A DNA stretch of 64,000 nt from Flectonema sp. DT1601 (GCA_964019425.1 OZ025802.1:1116001-1180000), one strand, 5' to 3'. Positions 1 to 11,127 are shown, counted from the first letter of the stretch. Numbers and translations are program-made. The notes: generated by a model from the sequence alone, not told the origin.

Positions 1-132
1 ATCAGGAATCACGCAAATGGCGTTTATTTTAGTTAAACTCCGACACGATCCAGATATTTTAATTCTTTTTAAATATACTTTCAATGTTTTAATTTTCCCC
101 TTTCAGGAGATCACCCTAAAAGAACAACAACA

Positions 133-764
133 ATGGGTTTATTATCGATTTTGAAGAAAGTAAAATTGAAAGAAAAGGAAATGAGAATATTGATGCTTGG
201 ATTGGATAATGCAGGTATGCCATAATCTACTGTTGTTTATTTAGAACGAAAAAAAAAAACAAACAAAAAAAAAACAAAAAAAAAAAAACAGGGAAAACAA
301 CAATTGTTAAAAAGTTTAACAACGAAGACATAAACACAATAAGCCCTACTTTAGGATTCAACATTCAGAGCTTACAGTATAAGGAATACACTCTAAACAT
401 CTGGGACGTTGGTGGACAACAAACCCTCCGCTCATACTGGAGAAATTACTTCGAGCAAACAGATGCACTAATTTGGGTTGTAGACAGCCATGATGAAGCT
501 CGTCTGAGCGATTGCAAAAAAGAGCTTTATACATTACTTAGTGAAGAAAAACTTGCGGGAGCATCATTGTTGATATTTATGAATAAGCAAGACTTGCCTG
601 ATGCCCTTTCAAAGAATAAAATTATTGAACTTTTAGATCTTCATACCCTGAGCACTTCACGTCATATTAATATGGTTGCTTGCAGTGCTGTTACAGGAGA
701 TGGTCTTGAAGAAGGTATCTCATGGGTCGTTGATGACATAGCCTCAAGGATTTATATTGAGTAA
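133..764 (+). CDS. ARL2: ADP-ribosylation factor-like GTPase ARL2 (2 exons: 133-214, 292-764)
   Basis: Spliced protein reads [93 protein letters not shown]...NKQD...CSAVTG...DDIASRIY. It has the P-loop, WDVGGQ and NKQD motifs and the ARL2-type N- and C-termini. Intron 215-291 (GTATGC...ACAG) restores the frame. Confidence 0.95.
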
Positions 765-952
765 GGAAAAAAAAAAAGAAGACACCCAAATCCGGTAGAT
801 ATAAATATTATTTTCTTTTTTTTTTTTTTTTAAAACATAGAGTAATCAAGCCCCCCCTTGCCATAATTAATATTGCCATTGCAAATGTATCGTTTCTGGA
901 TTTGTGTTTATCTTTAACCTTTTTATTCTTTATCAGGTAAGGAGGGTCGGAG

Positions 953-3900
953 ATGAACTTACCATCAGACAATAATAACAATGTGAGTGAAATTACTATC
1001 GCAAGTGAGTACCGTTCACCTCAACCCCATACCTTAGATGCACTTGGGACTGGTATGAGCACGCTATTCGATGTGTCGCCGATGACTGAAAGAGAACGGG
1101 ATCAAGAGAATTCAGTAAATACGTCAACTGCGAGTACGGCAACTGTTAGGAGAGGCGCAAAGGCCGATTCGTCGTTTCCTCCGCCGTTGGCTGGTCCTGG
1201 TGGTGATAGGGAAGCTGTTAGGGCAATAAATATGAGAAATGCGGAAATAGCAACTCAGTGTTGGAGAAATCGATCGCTTCCTAAGAAACGACAGCCGTTA
1301 ACTGCGAAGGTATTGGCGGCAACAGTCGCAGCTGAGGAGTCAGATAAACCAGTACCATCACATCCTTTTCCAGATAATAGAGGAAATCCTTCTTTAACAA
1401 GTTATGATGAAATCCTACGTAGAGATCGTTCACAGATGCTTCGAAAACAGCGGCAGCAAAATCGTCTCTCTGATCCAAATGTCAGAAAGCAAGAAGTCCT
1501 CCGTCATCGAACTGAAGTCCGAAATCATTATTCGGACATTGGAAGGCGCCGAAGCTCTTCCCGCAGCGTTTCACCGGCATCTACATCACGAAGTAGCAAC
1601 CATCGTAAAAGGAAACAAAATGTTCCAACAGCTCCTTCTCAGGACTACATTCTTGACGATGGTCAGGATGGTCTATCAACAACACAATACGTTATTGATT
1701 CACAACACAAGGTAGCTTTACAATCAAATAAATTAAAACAATCGATCCAGAAAGACGACAGAAAACCCAAACAGAGTTTGCGGGCTGAACCAGATTTGAG
1801 GGTGAGCCTTGAAGAGCAGCATTCTAGTTCAGTTGTAAAAGAAGCTAAAAACAGCCCCCAGCGTAGTGAAAAACAATTTAAAAAAACCGTTGCGATAGCA
1901 ACGACGACATCACAAGTAGAGACAGAAGGTAGTCCTCGAAAACTACCATCTCGGGAAGCAGCAGCAAACATTCGATCAATTCATGAAAGTGTAAAGAACC
2001 TTCCTTTGATAACAAGCGCTGCTGCTATTCACATTGCTGGAGAGTTAAGCATACCGTTTAGCGGAGAAACTGATACCGATATTGATGCCGGCGGGAATCG
2101 AACTGCCCATATTAGATCGATTCATGAAAGTGTGAAAAATCTTCCATTAATAACAACAACTACTGGAGCACTCCCTCAACAGATTGAAGAAGAAGAATTA
2201 AACTGCTGGGTAGAAGGAAGTAGTGAAGACCTAACTCAGCTAACCAACTCTATAATAAAACAAACACGAAGTGTTCCAACGGATTCGACAGGCACAACCA
2301 TTCCATTGGCTTCTAAACCAGTAGAGGCTCTCACTCCTGAGGAAGTTAAATCTGCTGGTGAAGCAATGTGGAGATCGCAATATTTAGAAGAAAAAACTGC
2401 GCCAATTGATCTCGATCAGTCTTTGGAGGAGTCTGAAAAGAATGATGGACCGGATTCTCTGTCTACTTCGTATCTTATTCCGCGAACAGCAATTCAATTT
2501 CTTGCTGAACGAACGCTGTCTTCATTTGGAGATTCAACTACTGGAAGAATTGAAGGGGATTCTGAACACATAAAAGATGGCGTATCACCACTCGGTGTCG
2601 TCGCACAAGACGTTGAGGATCTTTATCAAATGTACAACGTTATTGATGAAACTAATCATCAAATACAAGAAGAGAATCTTATTAAGTCTACACATGTGAC
2701 CACTGAACTACAGGAGTCTTTATTTGTTACTTCAGAGAGTACATTACAACATTCAGCGACGTTACCAGTTGAGTCTGGTAGTACTTCGACGACGTTAAAA
2801 GACGTGTCTACTTCCCCTATTCCTGATAAGGAATTATTTCAAACCGCAGTTAGCAGTGTTGAGACGGTACCAGTCAGGTACGGATCACTTCAGGTAGCTG
2901 GTCAGGGTTATTTTTCTTTACCCAGCAGTACATTTTCTCCTGTCAAACACGACAATGAATTAACAACAGAAATTCCTGAATTGGCTCCTCTTCCTTCCGG
3001 ATCATTGCGAAGTACTAATTTCGCATCCGGCTATCAGTCGTCACCTGCGTGTTCTTCGATTTCGGTATCTTCATTAGAAAGAAGAGGTACAAAACCGCAA
3101 ATCCCAAGTGTGGGTACTTCGCCAGTGGATGCGTCTCCGGTTTCAGTTTCTCAGATGAGAAATTATTTATTAAAATCAGATTCTGACGGTCAAACTTCCC
3201 CAATTCAATTCCTCGGTGGATCGACGTCTCCAATATCGATGGAGGGTTCTGAGAGAGAATTGTACCTCTCGACTGGATCAGTTGTACCATTTAGTGGATC
3301 TCCTGTTTCTGTTTCAAGATTATCAACAATTGGAGTTCAACAGGAACCGGTTGAAGGATCAATATCACCACCTCTACTTCAGTCTTATAGTCATATCAGA
3401 CAGCAAGGTGTTGGTGTATCACCTATACAAACACATGATGACGGGACTTCACCTCTTCCAATGCATGTTGACGGTGTTGGTGTCGGCACCTCACCAATTC
3501 AGTTCTTTGATGGGTCGAGCTCGCCGATTCCTGTCGAGAGATATTCGAAAGAAGCTGGAATAACACCTGTAGGGAGACAGGATGGGGGAACCTCGCCTTT
3601 TCTACTGCAAGTTGACGGAGTCGGTGTCGGTACCTCACCAGTTCAGTTTTTAGATGGGTCGAGCTCACCATTTCCTGTGGAGAGACATTCGAAGGAAGTT
3701 GGAGTGACACCTGTTCGGAGACAGGATGGTGGGACTTCACCTCTTCCGGTGAATGGTGTGGGTGTCGGCACCTCACCAGTTCAGTTCTTTGACGGGTCAA
3801 ATTCTCCCATTCCTGTAGAGACACGTTCGAAGGAAGTTGGGGTAACACCCGTAAGGAGACAGGATGGCGGGACTTCACCTCTGGCTGTTCTTGTTGACGG

Positions 3901-6538
3901 GGTTGGTGTCGGCACCTCACCAGTTCAGTTTTTGGATGGGTCGAGCTCACCCATCCCAATAGAAAGACATTCGAAGGAAGTTGGGGTGACACCTGTACGG
4001 AGACAAGATGGCGGGACTTCACCTCTTCCAGTGAATGGTGTGGGTGTCGGCACCTCACCAGTTCAGTTTTTAGATGGGTCGAGCTCACCATTTCCTGTAG
4101 AGAGGCATTCGAAGGATGTTGGAGTGACACCTGTGAGGAGACAGGATGGTGGAACTTCACCTCTGGCTGTTCTTGTTGACGGTGTTGGTGTCGGCACTTC
4201 ACCAGTTCAGTTTTTAGATGGGTCGAGCTCGCCATTTCCTGTGGAGAGACATTCGAAGGAAGTTGGAATGACACCTGTGAGGAGACAGGATGGTGGGACT
4301 TCACCACTTCAAGCATTCGTTGACCATGTTGGTGTCGGCACCTCGCCAGTTCAGTTCTTTGATGGATCGAACTCACCGATCCCTGTGGAGAGGTACTCGA
4401 AAGAAGTTGGAGTGACACCCGTAAGGAGACAGGATGGTGGGACTTCACCGCTGGCTGTTCTTGTTGACGGAGTTGGTGTCGGTACCTCACCAGTTCAGTT
4501 TTTGGATGGGTCGAGCTCACCATTTCCTGTAGAGAGGCGTTCGAAGGAAGTTGGAGTGACACCTGTTCGGAGACAGGATGGTGGGACTTCACCGCTGGCT
4601 GTTCTTGTTGACGGTGTTGGTGTCGGCACTTCACCAGTTCAGTTTTTAGATGGGTCGAGCTCACCATTTCCTGTAGAGAGGCGTTCGAAAGAAGTTGGAA
4701 TAACACCTGTGAGGAGACAGGATGGAGGAACCTCGCCTCTCCCAATGCATGTTGACGGGGTTGGTGTCGGCACCTCGCCGGTTCAGTTCTTTGATGGGTC
4801 AAGTTCACCCATCCCTGTAGAGAGGCATTCGAAGGAAGTTGGAGTGACACCTGTTCGGAGACAGGATGGTGGGACTTCACCTCTGGCTGTTCTTGTTGAC
4901 GGTGTTGGTGTCGGCACTTCACCAGTTCAGTTCTTTGATGGATCGAGCTCGCCGATTCCTATCGAGAAACATTCGAAAGAAGCTGGAATAACACCTGTGA
5001 AGAGACAAGATGGAGGAACCTCACCACTGTTGGCTCATGTTAGCTCCTCTGTTGGTACTTCTCCAGTGGAAATGGCTGACGGGAGATGTTCTCCAATATC
5101 ACAGAAAGTAAGAGAGACGGGAACGTCGCCAACAGTTAGTAATTCCACAGCAGTGAAATTAGTTGACAGATCTAATTCTCCTTTTCTGATATCCAGAACT
5201 CCAACACCAGTTGGTTGCCAAGATGCGAGTAACTCTCCAATGTGCGATAATGTAACACCTCCAATATCAGAAACAACAATACCTGCGGGGTATCAAGTTA
5301 CACATCAAGTTATCGATAATAATGAGCTCAGCAACCAACCAGAGATATATGGAACAATAGAATATCCTCCGACATTAATGTTTTTAAATGAATCACAAAG
5401 GCCGAAGAGAATGCAACCAAGACCTTTTTCATATTATGCTATGCCTTCTGATTCACCATCACCATTGTCGACTAATTCAAACTCACCTCAGAGGGTTAAA
5501 TGTCAGTTTAATAAGTTGGCTGAAAGAGTTAGTTGTATCCTATCAGGAAAGGAAGACATCTCAGCCATCAGTTGTATTGATGTACACAACAGTGACATCG
5601 CAGAGAGAGTTCGAGTGAATCCGAAACCTCTTCCTATTCTTGACGATGAGTTCAATCAGGCTATTCAAAGTATGAAAAACCATTTATGTAATTCTGATAA
5701 ATTATTATTAACTTCTGTGTTTACAGAATGGAGGAATCGTTGGTCATTACAAAAAGCAACGAAAGTCTACCTGTTCAACAAGTTCAAGCAATGGAGAATG
5801 ATTGTAAACGCCCAGTACCACAACAGGTACAGAATCGCGAAATCTTTATTTACAAAATGGAAATCGTCAGTTATAATAAACAAACGCCATCGACGATATC
5901 TTCTGACTTGGAGATTAAAACTCGCATTGAAAATTGACGATCGAAAAGCAGATTGCATTCATAAATTATTCATCTTTAGAAGAATGCGAAAGTACACAGA
6001 ATTACTTCAAAAGGAAAGACATATCTGCAGGCAGTTCGATTCTCGGAGAGATAATCGAGCGATTTGCGTTGCCTTTTCTCACTGGAGGCATACATTAAGA
6101 ACAAGAAAGGAATTATCAGCTGCTATTCTACAGGAATCTCAGAGATCAGTTGTTGGTTTTACTCGTCCAGGTAGAATTAAAAAATTAAAAGACTCAAATG
6201 ATCTTTTAAAAACGAATCTTGAACGTGAACAACGTCAACGACGTATCCTCGAAGAGATAGTTGCGACGTATCGAAGAAGTGAAACTCTGAATAACAATAA
6301 ACCATCAGAGACTGGTGGTGTCAGCAGAGCTCTTTTTACTGATTCATCTCGCGCTGCTACTTCAACACCATCAGCCAAGGATCAACTGAATGACTACCTT
6401 GCTAGAGAGCTTCGCGCTGCAGGAGAGAGAACTCCAGGAATCGATTCCCCAACACAGTTAGCAAAATCCATGAAAGCCTTCGTGCATTCCTTACCAACAT
6501 CAAAACGCAGAACACGTTGTTCAGAAAAGAAAATATGA
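953..6538 (+). CDS. 1861-aa low-complexity protein with ~11 tandem 46-48-aa S/T-P repeats and C-terminal Sfi1-like (F/L-x-x-W-K/R) repeats; candidate basal body/centrin-binding scaffold
   Basis: Long uninterrupted ORF. Repeat block at ~3473-5045. FTEWR, FKQWR, FTKWK, LLTWR and FSHWR motifs at ~5700-6110. Confidence 0.75.
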   Translation: MNLPSDNNNNVSEITIASEYRSPQPHTLDALGTGMSTLFDVSPMTERERDQENSVNTSTASTATVRRGAKADSSFPPPLAGPGGDREAVRAINMRNAEIATQCWRNRSLPKKRQPLTAKVLAATVAAEESDKPVPSHPFPDNRGNPSLTSYDEILRRDRSQMLRKQRQQNRLSDPNVRKQEVLRHRTEVRNHYSDIGRRRSSSRSVSPASTSRSSNHRKRKQNVPTAPSQDYILDDGQDGLSTTQYVIDSQHKVALQSNKLKQSIQKDDRKPKQSLRAEPDLRVSLEEQHSSSVVKEAKNSPQRSEKQFKKTVAIATTTSQVETEGSPRKLPSREAAANIRSIHESVKNLPLITSAAAIHIAGELSIPFSGETDTDIDAGGNRTAHIRSIHESVKNLPLITTTTGALPQQIEEEELNCWVEGSSEDLTQLTNSIIKQTRSVPTDSTGTTIPLASKPVEALTPEEVKSAGEAMWRSQYLEEKTAPIDLDQSLEESEKNDGPDSLSTSYLIPRTAIQFLAERTLSSFGDSTTGRIEGDSEHIKDGVSPLGVVAQDVEDLYQMYNVIDETNHQIQEENLIKSTHVTTELQESLFVTSESTLQHSATLPVESGSTSTTLKDVSTSPIPDKELFQTAVSSVETVPVRYGSLQVAGQGYFSLPSSTFSPVKHDNELTTEIPELAPLPSGSLRSTNFASGYQSSPACSSISVSSLERRGTKPQIPSVGTSPVDASPVSVSQMRNYLLKSDSDGQTSPIQFLGGSTSPISMEGSERELYLSTGSVVPFSGSPVSVSRLSTIGVQQEPVEGSISPPLLQSYSHIRQQGVGVSPIQTHDDGTSPLPMHVDGVGVGTSPIQFFDGSSSPIPVERYSKEAGITPVGRQDGGTSPFLLQVDGVGVGTSPVQFLDGSSSPFPVERHSKEVGVTPVRRQDGGTSPLPVNGVGVGTSPVQFFDGSNSPIPVETRSKEVGVTPVRRQDGGTSPLAVLVDGVGVGTSPVQFLDGSSSPIPIERHSKEVGVTPVRRQDGGTSPLPVNGVGVGTSPVQFLDGSSSPFPVERHSKDVGVTPVRRQDGGTSPLAVLVDGVGVGTSPVQFLDGSSSPFPVERHSKEVGMTPVRRQDGGTSPLQAFVDHVGVGTSPVQFFDGSNSPIPVERYSKEVGVTPVRRQDGGTSPLAVLVDGVGVGTSPVQFLDGSSSPFPVERRSKEVGVTPVRRQDGGTSPLAVLVDGVGVGTSPVQFLDGSSSPFPVERRSKEVGITPVRRQDGGTSPLPMHVDGVGVGTSPVQFFDGSSSPIPVERHSKEVGVTPVRRQDGGTSPLAVLVDGVGVGTSPVQFFDGSSSPIPIEKHSKEAGITPVKRQDGGTSPLLAHVSSSVGTSPVEMADGRCSPISQKVRETGTSPTVSNSTAVKLVDRSNSPFLISRTPTPVGCQDASNSPMCDNVTPPISETTIPAGYQVTHQVIDNNELSNQPEIYGTIEYPPTLMFLNESQRPKRMQPRPFSYYAMPSDSPSPLSTNSNSPQRVKCQFNKLAERVSCILSGKEDISAISCIDVHNSDIAERVRVNPKPLPILDDEFNQAIQSMKNHLCNSDKLLLTSVFTEWRNRWSLQKATKVYLFNKFKQWRMIVNAQYHNRYRIAKSLFTKWKSSVIINKRHRRYLLTWRLKLALKIDDRKADCIHKLFIFRRMRKYTELLQKERHICRQFDSRRDNRAICVAFSHWRHTLRTRKELSAAILQESQRSVVGFTRPGRIKKLKDSNDLLKTNLEREQRQRRILEEIVATYRRSETLNNNKPSETGGVSRALFTDSSRAATSTPSAKDQLNDYLARELRAAGERTPGIDSPTQLAKSMKAFVHSLPTSKRRTRCSEKKI
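3473..5045 (+). repeat. Coding minisatellite, ~11 units of 138/144 bp
   Basis: Unit GVGVGTSPVQFLDGSSSPFPVERHSKEVGVTPVRRQDGGTSPLAVLVD starts at about 3473, 3617, 3755, 3899, 4037, 4181, 4325, 4469, 4613, 4757 and 4901. Confidence 0.95.
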
Positions 6539-6902
6539 TCAAAATGAAACCTTTCGCAGTAACCATTTATATTGGTACGGTTCAACCTATGAGTAGTGTT
6601 ATTGTAGTATTTGTTGTGTTTTTTGTTAGAATTTTACATTACTTTTTTTTCCTTTTTTTCTTTCATATCTCTTTGTATGAATTAGTTCAGTTCAAAAAAC
6701 ACCCCACAAAGTTATGCAATCCATCTAATTAGGTTTGCTTTCTAAACAAATTAATGCGCCTTCTTTCTGTTTCGTAAAGTGGATTGATTGTTGCTCAATA
6801 AAATACCTTTTGTACCTGATTCTTTTTTTTTTTTTTTTTGTTGATTTCCGTGTACTTGGGTAAGTTAATTTACCCATGTGGAAAGGGAAGTTCATTTTTG
6901 AA

Positions 6903-7012
6903 CCGACGAAGTCGGAGAAGAACTATTTAGCAAATGTTATCTAATTTTCCCTATGCGGCTCAGTAATACTGTCTGTGAGGCTTTATGCATCTGAATGGTT
7001 TTTGCTCAGACT
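6903..7012. mobile_element. Short non-autonomous element, family A (terminal hairpin plus subterminal inverted repeats); this copy has an internal deletion
   Basis: CCGACGAAGTCGGAGAAG...TGCGGCTCAGTAATACTGTCTG...ATCTGAATGGTTTTTGCTCAGACT. Homologous copies at ~35364, 44352, 44487 and 46367. Confidence 0.7.
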
Positions 7013-7332
7013 TTTGTTTTTATTTCCACGGTACAAGATTCAAGTAAAAAAATGAGTAAATTAGTTGTCTTTTTTATCTATCTGAATGGTTTTTACATTT
7101 AAAAGGATAGAACAATCAAATACTTTCTATCTCCGTAAAAGGTAAGATAAGTTGCCTTATGAAATAGTTATGTTTCACTGTGTGGGTATCCCTACCGGTA
7201 TTTTATTAGATTCCTCGACCCTCTTTTGTTTGTTTGTGATGGATATGTTATGTTGGCCTATCGGTTGGAATTCATCTCAATTTTAAGTTAAATGAAACAA
7301 CTCATAATTCCCTCCCTTTCCCAAAACAGTAA

Positions 7333-10300
7333 ATGGTATCTAAAGAGTGTAATGTTATCACGTTGTCAGATCAAAGTGATGACGTAAAGGAAGTTCTGTT
7401 GGAATTATTATGTGAAAATGGTACTGATGGTCATTGGGTAGATGGGATGGTGGAATGTGACCTGATTCTAGATACTCAAGAAGCTGTGTCGTTAAGAGGG
7501 CTAATTGATGGTCAGTTTGAAAGAGTCGTTCCTTCTGAGCAGCAACCACAACAACAGCCACAACAACAGCAGCAGCAGCAGCAGCAGGTTGTTGTTGATG
7601 ATTCACTCTCCTCGTGTAGACCTCTTTCATGGCTTCTACGAATGTTGGATGATTATCACGCTCATAGGACGACAATATATCAGCCAATGTTGGGTCTTGA
7701 TCCTCAAAAGAAATCTCGTCTTCCCGCAACAAGAAACCGTCCACTCACAGCATTCGATTTCATTGAGCGAATGCTCCACGTTGGAGCCGAACACAATCCA
7801 CATTTAGGTGACGCAACCAGCAATCAATTATTTCAATATTTGGGAAAGAAGTTTGGACTCGATTCACTCGTTAAAAAGGTCGGAGGTGAGCTGCTCTCTG
7901 CGTTAAAATGCTTTCGAAAGGACTTGGAAATACTTCTATTCTCAGCCTTACTTACAACAGGAGAGTATGATGCAGCAGACTCTTTCTTTTATATTGCGGC
8001 TAGATCGAGTGTGTTATCGCTCTCTCACAACGTTTCGGAACAGCAGGGGGGTGGGCTACCACCCATCACAAGGAGAACTCTTCCAAACACACAGGTTTAT
8101 AAAGCAGTTAAGAAGGTTTTTCGTGACTACCCACATAGTCTCGCTAAACAAGCAAAACTATCTTGTACAGAGTATTGGAACCTTGGTGGTCCTTCGACCT
8201 TTTCAAACATGTCACAAGAGATGGCTTCAGTTCGATTCCTGTGTCCACCGTTTTCCGGTCATCCGCTCCTCCCTGAAAATGAAGTGGGAGGTGAAATTAG
8301 GAAGGGGATGTTACTGTCTCATTTCTTAGTTATTTGTACACTTGTATTTAAGAAGTATCGATGTCGTGAGAAGACTACTCCAGCAAAGAGTCAGACTGTA
8401 AAGACTGAAGTACCTTCTTCATTAGATAGTAGTCGGAAGTTTGATAAGATGACTTTACAATTAAACGAATTATCTACTAAGAGTAATGGAAGAGATCTCC
8501 GCAGTGAATCACCAGAAGATCCTTGGAATATCCCTCACGGAAAGATGTTTCACAAGGCTGAAAACTCTCCTCAGGACCATAGTCATGAAGGACGGAGAAG
8601 TGCCTCTCCCAGACAAATAGACGTATCACCACCGAGAGAGCTTGAGACGTCTCCTAGTTCTGACCATCGTGACTTTGGATATCAACAATCTGGTCATTCA
8701 GGAAATCCAAAACCTCAAATGTACCCACAGAAACTATTTGATCACATGGCTAAGTATAGCGATGCGTACAGTCAGTCTCCTATTCCTGCAAGTGAGCACT
8801 GGCCAGAACAGTTTCCGCAACAGCAGCCAACACTAAATCAACAATTTGATCAGCATGAGAGAGAATACTCTTATCCTAATCAAAGAAATCAAGGATTAGT
8901 TGAACAAGAAAGGTTCCATCAACACCCAATAGACGACAACCCCACTCAAAGGGCTGTCTCTAATCAACGTGACTTTGACTACGAGAGACAGTCAGGGTAC
9001 CCACAACAACAATCACAGCAGCAACAGTACATTTCAGATGATCAAAACCTTGTTAGCAATTCTGGAATCCCTCCTACTGGTAGATCACAGAGTGTCTACT
9101 CTTCTCAGTTTGATTCGCAGAAAGATTTAAGTGAATCAAGATACGAACAAAACCAAAGAGGGAGAAGACAAAGTGTTTCACAACATCTGAACTTGTCTGG
9201 CGGTGCGCAGCAACAAATCCCGATAATCACACGTTCTCACAGTCAGCAAGGAAGTCGGAGTTGTTCTCCATCAGTTGGGAATCATCCACAGCAGTACCAG
9301 TCACTTGATTTTGATAAACAGTACTCTAGATCACCTTCTGCAGGGTCTAGACCTCAAGATGGGAGATCACCTTCAATAAATGTTCCCTACTCGAGTGAGT
9401 CATCACCACCAGTAGTAAGTAATCAGGAGAATAGATATTACAGCAGACAACCTGAACATCATTATTCACATGAGAGTAGTTCTAACAACTATCACAGTTC
9501 ACCTTCTAATCAATATCAACAATCTCAATCAAATGGAAATCATAATCAATATAATAATGTTAATCAACAATATGGTAATCGACATCAGACTCAGTTAGGT
9601 GGTGATAGAGGTGAGCAACGACCTCATAATTGTGATGGGCAACTAGAAATGAACCAACAGCACATCAATAACTATCATTCTTCTAATGATCAATGTGAAT
9701 ATAATCATCAAATAGAAAGTCAACAACAACAGCAGCTACACTACCGACAGCAGGTGCAGTCAGGCGGAAACTACAGCGACCATCAACCACAAAATGGTAG
9801 TCAGTTTCAAGTAAATCAGCATCGTAGTCATCCTTCTAATGACCAATTCGGTGATGGTGACCAGCAGTTAGAAGTTCAGCAGCAGCGGAAACAACTGCAA
9901 CAGCAACAGCAACAGCAGCAGCAGCAGCAGCAACAACAACAACAGCAACAACAGCAGCAACAACAGCAGCAGCAACAACAACAGCAACAGCAGCAACAAC
10001 AGCAACAGCAACAACAACAGCAACAACAACAGCAACAACAACAGCAACAACAACAGCAACAACAACAGCAACAACAACAGCAACAACAACAGCAACAACA
10101 ACAGCAACAGCAGCAGCAGCAACACTCGCAATACAATAATCAATTTGGTGATAAGTTTAACCATCACAGACAGCAACCAAATTATTTTCAAAACCAACTC
10201 AGTGATTGTAACAACCAACAGCAGACATCACTTCATCAATCTGATAATCAGTTCGACTGTTCACCTCCTCAGTTAGATGTTGGTGAGAGTACTCTATATC

Positions 10301-10932
10301 AACATGAGGAGGTAGTTCAACAACAGTATGAACTCACTGAGATGACTACCAATCAGTTATCTGAAGTAGGTCATCAATTAGATCAAACTAGTCTTAGTAA
10401 TAACACTCAAGGTGTTGTTGATCAGCAAAACAAAATAAGACAACGAAGTCTTCAAAGCAGTAAATCTGATTCAGGAAGAAAAGCACTAAAACAACACGTT
10501 CGATTTAATGATACTGAAGATGTTGAGATCAGCCCTAGTCAGAAATTTCACTCAGCTAGAAGAAGTCCTGCGAAGAAGTCTCCACAAGCAGTGCCACCAC
10601 CAGAGTTGGGAGCTGGAATGAAGTTTATGATCTCTGAAGACACAGAACATGATACTACTCCGTTTGTAATGAGAGAATCTGGTAGTAGTTTTAATTTCAA
10701 TACTCAATCTAAAACATCAAATATTAAAAGTCCATCAGTAGGTCGTGACGGAGGGGCATCAGCTCCACTTTTTAAATCATCTCGTGAACGTGATCAACGA
10801 GAAATTGAATCACAGCTTCAAACATTAGAAGCTCAGGTAGCCGAAGCATCTGAACGACTTCGACTATTCGCTGTCTCTAGAGAAACAGACAAAGAAACAA
10901 GAGATGCGCTGGCTCCTATCATAAACAACTGA
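7333..10932 (+). CDS. 1199-aa protein with an N-terminal helical domain (weakly TSNAXIP1-like), a Q/S/N-rich disordered region with a 75-Q tract, and a C-terminal coiled coil
   Basis: Long ORF. Segment FQYLGKKFGLDSLVKKVGGELLSALKCFRKDLEILLFSALL; polyQ at 9898-10122; C-terminal REIESQLQTLEAQVAEASERL. Confidence 0.75.
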   Translation: MVSKECNVITLSDQSDDVKEVLLELLCENGTDGHWVDGMVECDLILDTQEAVSLRGLIDGQFERVVPSEQQPQQQPQQQQQQQQQVVVDDSLSSCRPLSWLLRMLDDYHAHRTTIYQPMLGLDPQKKSRLPATRNRPLTAFDFIERMLHVGAEHNPHLGDATSNQLFQYLGKKFGLDSLVKKVGGELLSALKCFRKDLEILLFSALLTTGEYDAADSFFYIAARSSVLSLSHNVSEQQGGGLPPITRRTLPNTQVYKAVKKVFRDYPHSLAKQAKLSCTEYWNLGGPSTFSNMSQEMASVRFLCPPFSGHPLLPENEVGGEIRKGMLLSHFLVICTLVFKKYRCREKTTPAKSQTVKTEVPSSLDSSRKFDKMTLQLNELSTKSNGRDLRSESPEDPWNIPHGKMFHKAENSPQDHSHEGRRSASPRQIDVSPPRELETSPSSDHRDFGYQQSGHSGNPKPQMYPQKLFDHMAKYSDAYSQSPIPASEHWPEQFPQQQPTLNQQFDQHEREYSYPNQRNQGLVEQERFHQHPIDDNPTQRAVSNQRDFDYERQSGYPQQQSQQQQYISDDQNLVSNSGIPPTGRSQSVYSSQFDSQKDLSESRYEQNQRGRRQSVSQHLNLSGGAQQQIPIITRSHSQQGSRSCSPSVGNHPQQYQSLDFDKQYSRSPSAGSRPQDGRSPSINVPYSSESSPPVVSNQENRYYSRQPEHHYSHESSSNNYHSSPSNQYQQSQSNGNHNQYNNVNQQYGNRHQTQLGGDRGEQRPHNCDGQLEMNQQHINNYHSSNDQCEYNHQIESQQQQQLHYRQQVQSGGNYSDHQPQNGSQFQVNQHRSHPSNDQFGDGDQQLEVQQQRKQLQQQQQQQQQQQQQQQQQQQQQQQQQQQQQQQQQQQQQQQQQQQQQQQQQQQQQQQQQQQQQQQQQQQQQQQQQQQHSQYNNQFGDKFNHHRQQPNYFQNQLSDCNNQQQTSLHQSDNQFDCSPPQLDVGESTLYQHEEVVQQQYELTEMTTNQLSEVGHQLDQTSLSNNTQGVVDQQNKIRQRSLQSSKSDSGRKALKQHVRFNDTEDVEISPSQKFHSARRSPAKKSPQAVPPPELGAGMKFMISEDTEHDTTPFVMRESGSSFNFNTQSKTSNIKSPSVGRDGGASAPLFKSSRERDQREIESQLQTLEAQVAEASERLRLFAVSRETDKETRDALAPIINN
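9898..10122 (+). repeat. CAA/CAG microsatellite encoding 75 consecutive Gln
   Basis: 225 nt of CAA/CAG codons in the ORF frame, partly as higher-order (CAA)3CAG units. Confidence 0.95.
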
Positions 10933-11127
10933 AATTAGTTGAGATAGAAGAAAACAGAATAAATGACTTTTGTAAAATAATTAGTTAACTGTAGATTTTA
11001 AAAAAACACAAACCTATCCATTAGAAAACATGTTTAGATTATAGAGTAGAATAATTTAATTTGTTTTTTTTTTTTAGTAGTTTTATTTTGTTTATTTCTT
11101 TATTACCCAGTTGAGTTTAATGAAATA

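Noticed and set aside
3423..4922. 499-aa minus-strand ORF
   Set aside because: Antisense shadow of the coding minisatellite; a stop-free repeat unit propagates an open frame.
9868..10218. Minus-strand poly-Leu and poly-Cys ORFs
   Set aside because: Reverse complement of the CAA/CAG polyQ tract.
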